Shown piece by piece: positions 14,083-30,474 of a stretch of DNA of 64,000 nucleotides. This stretch comes from Auanema rhodensis (lineage: Eukaryota > Animalia > Nematoda): the NCBI GenBank assembly GCA_964057225.1, contig OZ059896.1, positions 13,330,001 to 13,394,000 of the forward strand. The letters are read 5' to 3'. Each line of letters starts with the position of its first letter. Position 1 is the first letter of the stretch. A program made the translations under genes and the position numbers. The notes under the pieces are model-generated. The model ran no database searches. It was not told the origin of the DNA and worked only from the letters and a program-made list of their open reading frames with translations.

Positions 14083-16787
14083 TCACCTTGGCTGTTTTCA
14101 AACATTGAACGTCCGAGATTGAGGTATGAATACTTGATAACTAAAGTATAATTTATCTTTTATAAAATTTAAAAATTATCTTTTGACTATTTTTCCAACT
14201 AGGTTATTCTTCTACGTCTTCTTCTTTTTCATTATCCTTGATTAGGGCTAGATGTAACAAAATCCCGAATTACTACCAGCTGACCCCCTCTCTTTTCTCT
14301 CTCTTAATTCCGTATTAGACAATCAAACATGTCCATGAAATCCTATATTTTTTTCAAACTCTCAGCAGCTGGCTTTTTCATGTTGATTAAAAGATTTTAG
14401 GTTGTTACCTTTAATTATTTTTTTAAATTTTCTAACTGTAATCTCTTTAATATTTTGTAAATAAAATATTACAAAATTTAAATCATTGTTATAATCTATT
14501 TTTTAAAATCAACTTCAACTTATGTTTTGTATTAAATATATATGTATATGTAATAATTTTCTTTTTCTTTTTTTATAATAATATTATTATTTTATAAATA
14601 TAAAAATTTATATACTTCATATATATGTATATTTATATGTTTTCAATATAGAAGATTTAAGATCTCACTTTGTTATTTGTCTGCAGTAGCTTTGAACTAG
14701 GCCTGGTCTAACGATTAGCGTCATCACATTCCAATGTTCCAAATTTATATCCTCTATTTTCTGATCATTTTTGCATTTGTTCTCAATAAATTCGGAAGAA
14801 TATCCGACTTTATCATCCTCATTAAGCTTCAAACGTTCATTTGCTCTTAAATCATTTAGTTTCATACACTATCCTACCTAATATTATCTTTAACTCATTT
14901 TTACAGAAAATTAGAAATATATCGTTCCATTCATCATATCATCATTTTAAAAAATGTTCAAAGCTTTAACTCATATTTTTATTTTTTTTGTTCTAAAATC
15001 TTTTTAAAAAGTAGGTTATTATGCTTTTAAAAACCATTTAAAACTCAACTTATGTTCTTTACCTCTTACATCTATTGAATGATTTTTTTTCTCACATGCT
15101 TAGGTCCTTGTTTGAAAAATATAATTTGAGCATCTTTCTCAATTCTAAACAATGCAAATTTCAATTTAGTTATTTCAAAACAAAAGGAAACAAAAAACTT
15201 CGTGTGAAAAATGCTGCAGTATTTTAAAGTTGTGTTTAGTACTCGTAAATAAAAAAATATCTGCATTTTGTTTATTAAAATTGGGGCAGAGTGAAGAGGG
15301 GGAGGGGAGAAAGGTGAGAAAGGAGTAAAAGACGGAAAAAGGAAGAAAAGATGTAGAAGGGGGAGAGATAGTATAACCCATTTGAAACATCTTCTCTCTA
15401 CTTCAAGCCCACCCTTCCTTCTATCCGTTCTTATATGTATGTATGTCAGGTTTAGTCTGGCAATTAGCTTGCTGATGTGAGTGATGGGCACACATTCCTA
15501 AAATCGAAGCCATCTTTTCACCTCTATCCCCCCTCTTTCTCCTTCTCTCTCTCTCTTTCTCTCTCTCTATCCATTTCTCTCTCTCTCTTTCTCTCTCTCC
15601 GTCCCTCTATCTCACTCTTGTCGTCTTCTGTCCGCATTCTTACCTTTTTATAGCTTCATTTTTTCTCTATTTTCTATTTAATCTCATAAACTCTTTAGCT
15701 CTTTAGCTCCTTATACTTATAACTTTTGAATAAATCTATTAGAAATCTAAAATATACCGCTTAGCAAATCAGAAATTCATTTTATGAATTATCTTCAATT
15801 CATTATATGATTGTTAATCGAACAAAGAGTTGAAATCATTATTTTATGAGATAAATTACCTTGAATTAAAAGGAAAACAACAGCAGATAACATGCTATTT
15901 CTCTTAACGTTTTACGACTTCGTTTTCTAAGGTTTGCCTATATCCGTTTCTTTGAAAGCTCAGATGCTAATGTATCCGGAAACAGGCAGATTCAAATTCG
16001 CATTAGACTTTGTTTTTATGTGCTGTAGTCCCTATCTGAAAACGAGAGTCAACTAAGATTTCTTTTCTAACTCTTCTAACACTCTTATTACAAACTTCAG
16101 AGTTTTCTTCTTTATGTTCTCTTAGTTGCTCTATTCATTTTATATTTCTCTTAAGATGATTTTCCGTACTTTATGGGAAATGACGACGACAATCCATTAG
16201 AGAGGAAGAGCAAAACCTCAAATGGTTATCGTTTCAACGGTGATTTTTCTTTCTTTAGAATGGAAACCAAAGTCTTTTGTTCTACATGTTAAAGTGCTCA
16301 TTCACTTTCTAATCAATAATTCAAGTAATTATTTGTCGAAAATCCCAATCACCTTTCCATAAATGTTCGTATTCCGTGTTAAGAAAATACTTAAAAATTG
16401 TTTTATTTCTTAAAATTTTGAAGAAATTTCTCAAAATATGTAAAGATGTTCGAACTACAATAAAAGCTTGAGCTTTGAAAAAACGTTAAAGAATTGGAAA
16501 ATTATATATATATGTGTGTGTGTATGTAAGGATTTATAATCTATGAAGGGTTTGGAAGAGATCTATTTGCTTTTAACTATTTACTAATGAGTTTCTAATT
16601 TTATTCATTTACCTGTCATCGTCTATTCTTCTATACTAATGAGGCTTATTTATTATATTTGATAATATTTCTCATTTTTATCTGAATATTGTTTATTTTT
16701 ATGAAAAAAAAAACTATATTTGATGTGATTCCTTTATAAAAACAAATCATTTTTCTTTTAGTAAGTGTAAAAAGTATAAATATTGCA

Positions 16788-19700
16788 ATGACATGGAGCG
16801 CCAAAGTGAGCTCTATTGTCATTATACATGCAATCTTCAGTTGTTCTGCTGGACCTCGCTCAGTGAAACAAGTGAGAAGATTAGCTTAAGAAAATCCAAA
16901 TTTCAATCTATTTTCTCAAGGTTACTGTTCCGGGTCAAATTATACTAGGAGGATTGTTTCCTATTCATGAAGCAGGAACTCAGGGCACTTGCGGCAACAT
17001 CAAGGTTGAACAAAAACATTCAGTTGATTGGTGTATGAGCTTTTCAGGCGGATCAAGGAGTACAACGGATGATAGCTATGCTTTTTGCTTTAGAACAAGT
17101 TAACATGAAGAGAGAATTACTACCACAAGCTAGTTTGGGAGCTCAAATATTGGATACTTGGTTTGAACTTTTTGAATAATTTGATGACCAACTTCAACTT
17201 TTGCAGTTCAATGGATAGTTATGCATTGGAACAATCTCTTGAGTTCATAAAAAGCGTAATGTCTAGCAGTGAAGGAGTAGTATGCGCTGTAAGTCTATTT
17301 TCAAGTTTATTTTCAATAATAGATCAAGTATTATTCTTATTTTTCAAATATATATATAATTATGTTTTAGGATGGCTCCACAGCTTCCTACCAACATCAG
17401 CCTGTTGTTGCTGTTGTTGGAGCAGCGGGAAGCCAAGTCTCGGTGATGGTGGCTAGTATGCTACAGCTTTTCAAAGTATTTATTTTATTATATTTTTTGT
17501 TTCAAAGGAAAAAAAAAGATAAAATTAGTAAAAAAAACTTATGTAAGAGCTTTTTGCTGTTCTTTGATCCTAACATATCAAACAAAGGTTCCAGTTGATT
17601 TAGCACCCAGTAAACTCTTTCTGGTCACTGATTCAAAATAGAGAATTAATAAAAGATCAAACAACTTATTAGTGCATTATAATGAGAAAAAATGTTCCAA
17701 TTCACTTCTCGTACTGAAACAATTCTTTAAAATTCAAAAAAATGAAAGTTACTCAGTACTTATTCTCTTTCTAGATTCCACAACTATCATATTCTTCCAC
17801 GGGGACTGAGCTTTCAGATAAAACCAGATTTGCTTATTTTTCTCGCGTAGTTCCACCAGATAATCTTCAAGCTCAAGTTATGGCTAGAGTTGTAAGTAAA
17901 TTTCTATTTTATGAAAATTTTCAAAAGTCTTTTAGGTTCGAGCATTGGAATGGACATACGTGCATGCTATAGCTGATACAGGATCTTATGGTATTCGAGT
18001 TTAACTGAAAGCTTTTGAAAAATATTTTCTTAGGCGAAAGAGGAATGGATTCCTTTCGTGCTGCCGCTACTGATCTTGGCATATGTATAGATGGTGACGT
18101 AGTGAAAATTAGCCGAAAATGGACAATTCCTATGTATAAGTAAGTTGATATATGAAAAATTGGTGATTTTAACACAAAATGCTTGTAGAGAACTATTGAT
18201 TAGAATGAAAACCCAACGAAAAGCCAGAGGAGTTGTTATGTTTGTTGATGAAGATAATCTTAAAAGATTATTGAATTCACTCGATACATTAATAATGGAA
18301 GGAAGATCAGAATATGATGGATATTTTTGGTAAATTTTCTCAATATTTTGAACAAAACCTCATAAAAAATAAATTATTAGGTTTGTGGCTAGTGATTCAT
18401 GGGGTATCAAACAATCAGTAGTCAAAGATTTAGCTCACAGAACTGCAGGAGCACTAACTATAGCACCATACACCAGAGAAGAGCAAGGTCATAACTCTAT
18501 CTAAATGTAAAAAAACATTTGAATATTATAGGTTATTTGGAATATTTTCGACGATTAGCACCTACAGGAAATGTTTTTTTGGAAGAATATTGGGAGAAGA
18601 TGAAATGTGATGACATTGAAGATATTGGAACTTTTGGTGAATGTTTTGAAGAAAAACAATTACCATTAAAACAAGTAAAAAGACTAATATTTCATATAAA
18701 ATTAAAAATATTTATAGGAATCATATGTTCCATTTGTAGTTGATACAGTCAAAGTATTAGCTACAGCTATAAGTCGATATATCAAAGTAATTTGAAACCA
18801 TTTTCAATACATCATCATCACTTGTTTTCAGAATATTTGTCGAAATGTAGCTTTTCATCATTGTTCTCTATCTACTACAGGATTTAATGGATCAGTTTTA
18901 CAAAGTCATTATCGTAATGTAAGCATTGAAGGTTTGATTTCATGCTTTAAACTTAAAAAAACTTATTTTGTCTTAGATGATGAGATGCCAATCATTGATG
19001 CTCATGGTGATGGTATAGGACGTTATGATGTCTTTCAACTTGATAAGAATGGAACTTATGTTAAAGTTGGAAAATGGAGGGCTAATGAAGATTTATTCGA
19101 GCTTAATGTTCCTTATGTTCGTCGAGGATTTGTAAGAAATGGATCAAGTAATACGAAACCTTTATCCGTTTGTAGTACAGAATGCAAGAGAGGACATTAC
19201 AGGTTTCTATGATATCTAAGAATAATTTAAACTTTGATTTAGAGCTTACCAAGATCAAACATGCTGTTGGGCTTGTATTCCTTGTGATATGGCAACAAGT
19301 ATTGTGATAAATGAAACAAGGTATTACATGATTTGAAGCTGAATGGAATAAAGACTATATTTCAGTTGCAAGGAATGTCCGATTGGGCAAGTTCCTGATC
19401 GATATCTCTCTAAATGCGTTCCAATACCACCTGTTTCTATGAGGCATGTTTATATTTTGTTCATGTTTTTGTCTAATTGTCAAAAGAATTGCAGCTGGGA
19501 TTCCCCTTGGGCACTAATACCAGCCATATTCTCTGTAATTGGATTGATGTCCACCGTGTTCGTTGTTGCAGTATTTTTGAAGTTTTCAAACACGCCTGTG
19601 GTGAGGGATATCAACTTTGTTTTTTGGAATAATTGCTTTATGAAATTGAAGATAATGGCTTCTGGAAGAGAATTATGCTATTGTATGATGACAGGAATAT

Positions 19701-21366
19701 CATTATGCTATGTTCTCACCTTCTTGCTTGTTTCCCAACCTACTATTCCAACTTGTGCTCTAACTAGGGTAATAATAATTTTTTTTTTTGAATAAAAAAT
19801 TAAAAAAATGGTGTTTAGCTAGTAATGGGATTATCAATGTCTGGAATATATGCAGCAATTATTACTAAAACTAACAGATTAGCCAGAGTTTTTTCTCCGG
19901 AAAGTGCTAGACGTCCTCGATTCATCACTCCAAAAGCACAGGTTCTAATCATTTCTTGAAAGATTAATAAACATTAACGTTTAGGTAATGATCTGCTTGT
20001 CTATTGTATCAGTCCAATTGGTTGGATCATTGATTTGGATCATAGTTGATCCACCTGGAACTAGGATTGTTTTTCCAACAAGAACTGAAGCTGTATTAAC
20101 CTGTAAAGTAAGATAATTTTCTTTTATAGTTAAAAATAAAACATTTCTTTCCTCTTTAGGCTACAACTTCTCATCTTCTTGTATCTTTATTATATAATCT
20201 TATTTTAATTGTTGCTTGTACCGTATATGCTTTCAAAACTCGCAAAATTCCTGAGAATTTCAATGAAACTCGCCATATTGGTTTTACTATGTATAGTACA
20301 TGTATATTATGGTTAGCATTTGGACCAATTTATTTTGCAACTCAAAATAATTTTAAAGTAAGATTATTATTATAAATTATATAAATTATTTATTATTTAT
20401 AGATTCAAATAACTTCATTATGTATGACTGTTTCATTATCAGGAACAGTTGCATTAATATGTTTCTTTGCACCAAAGGTACAACATTTCCTTTTTTTTTC
20501 AAAATCTTTATTTATTTTTAGATTTATATTGTTCTTTTTCAACCATACAAAAATGTTCGAACTAGACAATCTGCTGTTGGTCGATTAGTTAATCAACAAA
20601 TGAGATTTATGAGGTTTTTTCTATTCATTTCCTTGTTTTTCATTACATTTTGAATTTTTTTTATCTAAACAAACCAATTTATTACCCAAAAAACTTAATG
20701 ACACACAATATCCGCATGCTTTTGTATTTTCAGTCAACTTACCTATAATCCTGATGGATGCCAAACAACTGGATATCAACCTATGTCATCAAATCCATCC
20801 TACCGACCTGGATGTTAGTATCCCATTTGAATTAGCATGCTTTTCTTAATCACATAACCTATCTATTAAACGTTTTCTTATAATATTCAAGATAATATTC
20901 TTCTCTATTTAGCCGAGGAGAACTCACATGGCAGCGCAGTACAAACGACAATCCAGACCCTCCCCCCCTCTTGCATTGAGCAATTGGTTTCCAATGGGGT
21001 TATGAAGAATGATAATCAGCCAAGTTTGATAATGAAACTCAAATCATTTTTATATTGTATTCTTTAGTTACCAAAAAATTATCTCTACAAGAGCGTAAAG
21101 CATCTGATCCTGATTTGCTTCATGCAGTACCTGGTGCTGTGGACATACGTCGAAGAAGACCAAGTAGTATGCATATGGTACCGGGAACAACAAAACTTAT
21201 TTTAGTACGATTTTTCGTTTTTTCATTTTTTATAAAAAAATATTTGCAGTCCGATACAGAGAAGCCTGACTCAATTGTAAACGAAGAGTACGAGCATGAA
21301 TCACCAACTCAAGTTGAACTACTATTAGAAGAAATAGCAGGAGATTCAAATGCAACATTCTTATAA
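16788..21366 (+). CDS. mgl-3: Metabotropic glutamate receptor (class C GPCR), mgl-3-like
   Basis: Signal peptide, then [62 protein letters not shown], a Cys-rich domain ([13 protein letters not shown]) and 7TM motifs [13 protein letters not shown] and [24 protein letters not shown]. Ends ..DSNATFL* (PDZ-type terminus). Confidence 0.9.
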
Positions 21367-22370
21367 AAATCTATAAAAGCCATATATAAATTATATTTTT
21401 ATTTACTTATAATGATATGTATTGGGTTTATTTGACACTTTGCTCATGATTTCATCTATAATTTAACTAAACGGGTAATTTTTTTATTTTTCAGATTCTA
21501 TTTTATTGGAAATTTAATAATTGTTTTTACATCTAATAACACTAATATATTAATTTTTTTTTTGTATTATTCAAATAAATATAATAATTTTCAAATTTTT
21601 AATATTTTAATTCTCTATATTTCCTTTCAAATAAGTTTTAGAAAATGTCGCATCATAGCTGTCTAAATCTGACAGCCATAGATAGAAAAGAGAAGAAATT
21701 GAGAGAGATAAGTTGAGAGAGGTGAATGATGCAATCTCAAGAGACAGTTAGACTTGATTCGTGAATTCTTCTCGAGCTTCAAACATAATGCTCCGCCACG
21801 TTTACTTAGCACATAATATAGAGCTTTGCTTTTTTCTTAATTTTATAACTTTTTTTTTGTTTTCTTTTTTCTTAAACAGAGATTGTAAGTTGGCTATCTT
21901 AGACATACGATGTTATATTTTTCGTTATTCGTTGTTTATCAGATTTTCTATTCGTGTCATCTTTTCTTTCATATTAACTTTCGTTGTCTTTATTCTATCT
22001 GCTTATTCTTCCCTTTTTACCTCGTTTACTTCCACTCAAAACTGACCCCCACGTACATCACAGTACGCTCTGTTTATTTTTTCAGTCTCGCCGAAAACTT
22101 TCTCCCCATCATACTTAGGTTTTTCCTTTTGTATTCAATGCTATTTCTCTCAAAATTTGCTCAGCAACTTTTCAACTTTCGAAATCCTCTACTGACCGTT
22201 CAAAGTCTTATTGCTTCCTCCTTTGCCTCGCATCGATCAACAAATCGTATTGTAGTCAGAAAGAACTTTTCAAACTCATTGTCATTTTCGTCTTCCATAT
22301 TCTCATACTTTTACTTTTAAATCTTTTAAAATTTAATTTTAAGATCATATTATCATATAAATATAATGTA

Positions 22371-23849
22371 ATGGTGGATTTCAATCAATTAGCGCAAGCC
22401 TGCGCTCGGCAGCTTGAAGAATCTCTTTTGGAATCAGCAGTTGAACGACGTCTGAAAATGAATACTGTTAGAATAAGTCTAACACATAACATCTATAAAC
22501 TTGTTTTTAGAACTCGAGAAACTTATTATATGTTGCATCAGCTATTTCGATTTTGGCTTTCGTTGTCTGTATAATTCTGATAGGATTTATTGTATTCGCA
22601 CTGATACGACGTCGAATACCTTCTAGAAAACACATGTAATTCAATATAATTTTATTTGAAGTAATAATAAAAATAAATTTAATTATTTTCAGTGTAATAA
22701 TCAGTCGGGTTGTTGCTGATATGTTCACATCAGCTTTAATTGTTTTTTGTTCTTTTTTCTCAGATGAAACGTCAGCTTCACATGCACTTGTGGCCCTCTT
22801 CCTTTTCGTTGCCACATTCTCGTTTCTTCAACTGAGTCTATCACATATTTTTGTTATTATACTACGGCAGGTTCGGATATACATACATGAACAAGCAATT
22901 CAATTCTTCGTTTAAAATTTTTAGATAAGCATTACTAGGCCATATGGCTTTAAGTCAATCTGCTCTATTGGTCGTGTAAGCTTTACTGTTTCTATCGGGT
23001 GGATTATCAGTATCTTATACGCTGCAGCTTATGCACCTCTAATCACAGTTATCTTGGATTCTGAAAAAGATGATGGTGAGCTGTTTCAATTATTCTCCAA
23101 CAACTAATCTAATTCCATATTTTAAGTTTGTTCTTTCACTGGATGTCAACGGCCATTACTCGCAGTTTGCATATCACTTATCTGTTTCCTTGTTCCTATG
23201 CTTCTCCTAATCTACTGTGCAGTCTGTTGGAAAATGCGAAAAATAGCGTTTAGTGAAAGGTTCATCTGAATCCTCAACTCTTTTTTTCTAATTTATTTTC
23301 ATTTAGAATGCATAACGAACCGGAAATTACAAAGAAAAAATTGTTTAAGTTCTTTGGTTATGGCTCACATATACTACTTCATACCCTTATTTCAATACTT
23401 ATTGTTGTTGGCGCAGCATTTACTCTTCGAAATTCTCAACTTTATACAAATATTCGGAAGCATATTCAACATGATTGTGATGTTATTGAGGTCTTATATT
23501 CTTAGTTTTTTTCTATTTTTTACAAAATCAATTTAAGTACATTGATACGATAATTCGCTTGGAAATGATTGCTGGAGGTGCTGTCTTACTGTGGCTTGTT
23601 CGTATCATCTTCGATGTTCTTATTATTATTCTACTTGAATACAAATCTTTGATTCCATGCCTTACAAACGCTAATTTGGAACCTCTTCGTGAAAATCAGG
23701 TGTTTAATCGTAAACTAATTCAAGTTATAACTTAACAACGTTTTTAGATTGTATCCAGGTCACAAACGTTAAAATGGCAAAAAGGTTGTATCAACTGTCC
23801 AGTCTTCAATATCGATAACCATTTCCATCCATGGGATTTCAAGAATTAA
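22371..23849 (+). CDS. Orphan rhodopsin-like 7TM receptor
   Basis: Spliced ORF MVDFNQLAQACARQ.. with about seven hydrophobic segments, e.g. AISILAFVVCIILIGFIVFALI, SRVVADMFTSAL, LICFLVPMLLLIYC and AVLLWLVRIIFD. Ends HPWDFKN* at 23849. Confidence 0.7.
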
Positions 23850-25922
23850 ACGAAAAGACAAAATAGAAGAATAAGGAAATCGTTAGATAAGACGTCTTGC
23901 TTGAATTTAAGTAAAATACGAATATCAACGATAATCAAGACAACTTTCAAATACACAATCCTCATTAAAGATTCTATGTATTTTCTAAAAAAAAATATCT
24001 TTCCTATTATCTGTAAATTTGAATATATATATATATATGTATTAAAATAAAAATTATGTATATTTAATTATAATATTTATTTATAAAGAAAAATACAAAA
24101 TAATTAAAAAATTAAAAACTTTATAATAGAAAAAAAAATATTTTTTTATAAAACTTTCTGATAATAATTATAATTTTCAATTTTAAGCTAAAAAAATTGA
24201 AATTAGTTGATTAACTACATATTACCTAGTTGCATATATATGTAGATTCTTAGAATAATCATACATGATAATCAGTAAAATCTTATAAAAAAGCCGATTT
24301 ACTATTAATCTATTTTGTCAAAAAATCAAATGTTACGTCAATAGTACATTAAATACATAAATATATACATACTTACTTATACACATATATTCTTATTCAT
24401 GTATTAAATTTATTTAAAGAGCATTTTAACCATAAAATATTTTAGTTAAATTGATTTCAATTCAATGTACTAATCCAAAATTTCTGTAAATTGGAAAAAT
24501 TTAATTATTTTCGTTTAGAACGACTCATTGAGCTTAAATCTTCTCACATCATTCTATTGCTCCTCTGTCTTCTTCGTCATTCTTTTAAAAAAAACTGTCA
24601 AGTTTCTTATTTTATATAATATTATCAGATATCTAAGCTATTTTTGGTTTCTATTAGTTCAAATTTTTTGAATAAAAAGTTTGAAGAAAATTGTTTTAAT
24701 AACACAAAACATCACACATCATCAATATTTAATCCAATGATGGTGACATTTAACATTCACTCACTTGCTTTATATAATCCTTTTTATGATCTTTTTCTTA
24801 TTCTTTTAAATAATATATTATATTTTTGAATAGATATAGTTAAATATATCATATAATATTCTTAACATATATTCACTTCTCGTATTTTTTCAATAGAAGC
24901 TTCCGTTTTACTCTCTGTTTATCTCATTCTCTTTCTTTCTCATTTCATATTCAAGCAAAAATTATGAATTTAATTCAAATACTATATATCTTAACTTTCT
25001 TAACAATATAATATTTTATTTAAATTATATTTAACTATTTCTAGAAAATAAGAAAAATTTCTTTTTTCATTTTCTGTATTCAGACATCTTCTATAGAATG
25101 CATCACTCATTTGATGTATTTTTACATGAGGAGGAAGTTAAACTTGGTATCCAAATTCTCATCAAGTTTGAGCTTTCTTCTTAGATTTCTATAAATATTT
25201 TTTATAATATCCATAACTATTCTGTCATATTTTTAAATTTTAAATTTACAAATATTTGTTTTTAAATAATAATAATTACATATTTTTGTTACTTAACAAG
25301 AGATGAAGCTCAAAGTTCATATGTTTTACAATACTTTCAAAACTATTAAAGCCTTTCCAATTAGCTTTCATTAGCGTGGAAGCCAATACCATTATCTGAG
25401 CATCTCCTGACCTCCTAACTATTGGTGGACAAACTTGTACGAACACAGAAAAATATATAATTATATTTTGACCTTCAGTTTTTTTCCGCTATGAAAATAG
25501 GTTTTCAAAGTCGTTTCTTTTGGTTTGAAACGTCTGCCCCTACTTTATCTCTCTCTATCTCTCTCTGTATCTCTCTATCTCCCTCTGTCTCTCTTTATCT
25601 CTCTCTGTCTCTATCTCTTTCTCTCCCACTGTACAATGATCTGTCTTAGTTGAGCTTTTTCTTATCCGGCTTCATGTCAATTTGAAAAAAGATCATCAAG
25701 TTTCGATTTCAAATACATATGTATGTATAATAAGAATAAAAAATCAACAAATATTCTAACATATCATACAATATTTGATTATATTATATATTATATATAT
25801 ATTATATTATATGTTATTCAATTATATGAAATTCAAATCAATAGATGACTTTGGTCTTCGTTCTATATCTAAAGTTACTAAAGTCTTTTCAATAGTTTTT
25901 TCTTTCTTTTTTTTAGCAAACG

Positions 25923-27069
25923 ATGTGGTTAACAACTCCATCAACTATAAACATTAGTTTATCATCATCAACAACAACATCATCATCTTCAACTACATCT
26001 GATAATTCATATCGTATTTGGCTTTTAGTTTCTAAAATTCAATATTGGATGTGTTTATTCTTCATTGTAATATCTCTCATTGTCCTCTCAAAGGTAATTC
26101 TCTCTTATAATTTTGCAGCAGAGTCTTTTTTTAAATTTTAATCAAAATCATTGAAAAGCAGATGAAAATTCAAACAAATTATTATAATATTTTAGGCTTT
26201 CTTGATTTTAATGAAACTTAGACGATCTTACTATTTTCAATTTCTCATCAGTATTATGGCTTCATACTTTGTAACATTAGCTATAATTCTAGTAGATATT
26301 ATATCACAATCATTATTTATATCAATGAATGGTAAATTAATATTTTAAAAAATTAAAAATTAAAATACTGTAGGTTCAATCTTATGCAAGATTTTGGTGT
26401 TCCTTTCAAATGTATCTGCTTGTTTTGCAAATTGGTGTTGGTTAGTGATGTATCTTCAGCGATGTGTCTTCCTTTTATTCCCTTTAAAACGTTGTAAAGA
26501 AGGTTGGATGGGATTTATACAAAGTTCTATAAAACTTTTATTATCTTGTTTAGTTTTAGCAACAATTACTCAGGTTTTTCATCTGATTCATCAATGTATT
26601 ACTAAGCTTTAAATACTTTAGACTTGGTCACTTGTTCTTGTAACGGAACGCCAATTCCAAACAGATGAAGGATATATTGGTACAACATGTGAAAGAGATA
26701 CAGAGAAGTTAAGGTATAATTCTGTTTTTTGAGCTTTCTTATAACTTATGTTATCATTTTCAGTCCTGAAGGCTATAAATGGGTAGCATTACTAGAAGCA
26801 GTATCAACATATGCTTGTCCATTTCTTTGTACCATGGTATTAGATTTGGGAGTTCTCGTATGGCACAGTCGTACTTCGAGGTTTTTTTTTGAAAAAATAC
26901 TCAAAGCTTAAAAGATAATGTTTTTTAGTTTTTCCGTGATAGCAGCAGATTCGTTTACGTCGAAAAAGGAACGAAGTAAGCTATTGGAAACACGTGAAAG
27001 CATGAAAATTCAATCAACTCAAAGTATAATGGCAAGCATTTCAATATTACTTATTTAATAATAATAATA

Positions 27070-27150
<81 letters not shown>

Positions 27151-27629
27151 TATTTATATATCATAAATATAAATATATTTTAGTCATGTATGCAAAGACG
27201 TCAAAGAGCTATACGTCGTTGTTTAGTTATGGCTACAGTTCAAGTTATATTAAATGCTCCATATTATACTCTTCAATTTTTGGATGAAGTATATAGTTTA
27301 CAGTAAGTTTAAATAAATATAAATATATATATATTATATCAATAAACCTTTTAGATCAAGTCGAGAAACACTTGTATTCTATGTTTGTTCCGATGCTTTT
27401 CTATATTTTTTATATTTATGTCAATATCCTTTATTAACAGTTTTTGTGACATCATTACATTCTGATATTAAAATGTCTAATACACCGTAAGTTTTAATTT
27501 TTTATTTTTCAGTTTCTTTTTCTTTTTTTTTTTTAAATTTAAATTAAATAATATAAATTTAGATCAATACCTGTATCACCTAATGTACGAGCATCAGTTA
27601 AATATAAAAACATTGAAGCAAACTTTTAA
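25923..27629 (+). CDS. Orphan class A-like 7TM receptor
   Basis: Ser/Thr-rich N-terminus; TM3 LCKILVFLSNVSACFANWCWLVMYLQRCVFLLFPL; ECL2 Cys (TCERD); TM5 STYACPFLCT; TM6 RRCLVMATVQVILNAPYY; TM7 YLCQYP. Stop at 27629. The model needs one GC-AG intron. Confidence 0.75.
27057..27160. repeat. Intronic (AAT)n-(TA)n-(TTTA)n compound microsatellite
   Basis: Read directly from the sequence. It fills most of intron 27032-27183. Confidence 0.9.
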
Positions 27630-28526
27630 TTTTTCTTTTTTCTTTTTTTAATTTTTTAATTTAATTAATTATAATAATAATATATATATATATATAAGTA
27701 TTAAACAAACCTTTTCAAACATCTTTTGTTTTTATTTTTATTTCAATAATACTCAGGAATCTTACTTCATTTCCAGGACATTTCTCTCTCTCTATTTTGT
27801 ATGTTGTAGTTGTAGTTGCTGTAGTATCTGAAATAAAATATGACCTTATAGCAAATTATTTTTGTTTTGAAGCCTTTTACAGTTAATCCAGTTTTTAAAC
27901 GAAAAAATAAAATAAGAGCTAGAAACATCTAGGCTGCATGCATAAGCAAGCAAGTAATTTCTTAAAAAACGGTTTCTCTTCATCTTCTCTATCATTCGAA
28001 CTTTGATTTAGTCTTTCTAATTTTTACATATTTTATATTTATATTGTTATATATTTGATTAAAAATTTTAATATATAGATTGAGAATATTCTTTCTTTTT
28101 GTTTCAAATCATTAATCATTTCACTGATTTTACTGTAACTCTCTCTCTCATTCTTTCTCACTCTCTCATTTTCTCCCTCTCTCTCTCTCTCAATCTCTCT
28201 CTCTTCCTACTTTAATTATTCTTTAATCAAAAGTAAATTTTAAATCTTTTTCTATTATATTCAGATGTATAGATGTTAAAAATTAAATACTATGCGTAAT
28301 TCAATAAAATTACATTTAAAAAAAGAATATTTGTTTCGAAGATGTTAAATATGATGAGAAGATGAGATAAGCCGTTTTCTGAACTTTACAATTAAAAAAA
28401 ATAAGAAAGAAAGAAAAAAACTTCAAAATCTTTGTTATAATTCTATAAAAAATAGAAAATATTTTCCATTATGATTAATATAATTAGTTAATTTAGCCTT
28501 AAAACTGTATAATTGATGATTGAGAT

Positions 28527-30474
<1,948 letters not shown>

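Noticed and set aside
13883-14151. ORFs with SLSL/ERER/YIYI repeats
   Set aside because: These are translations of microsatellites.
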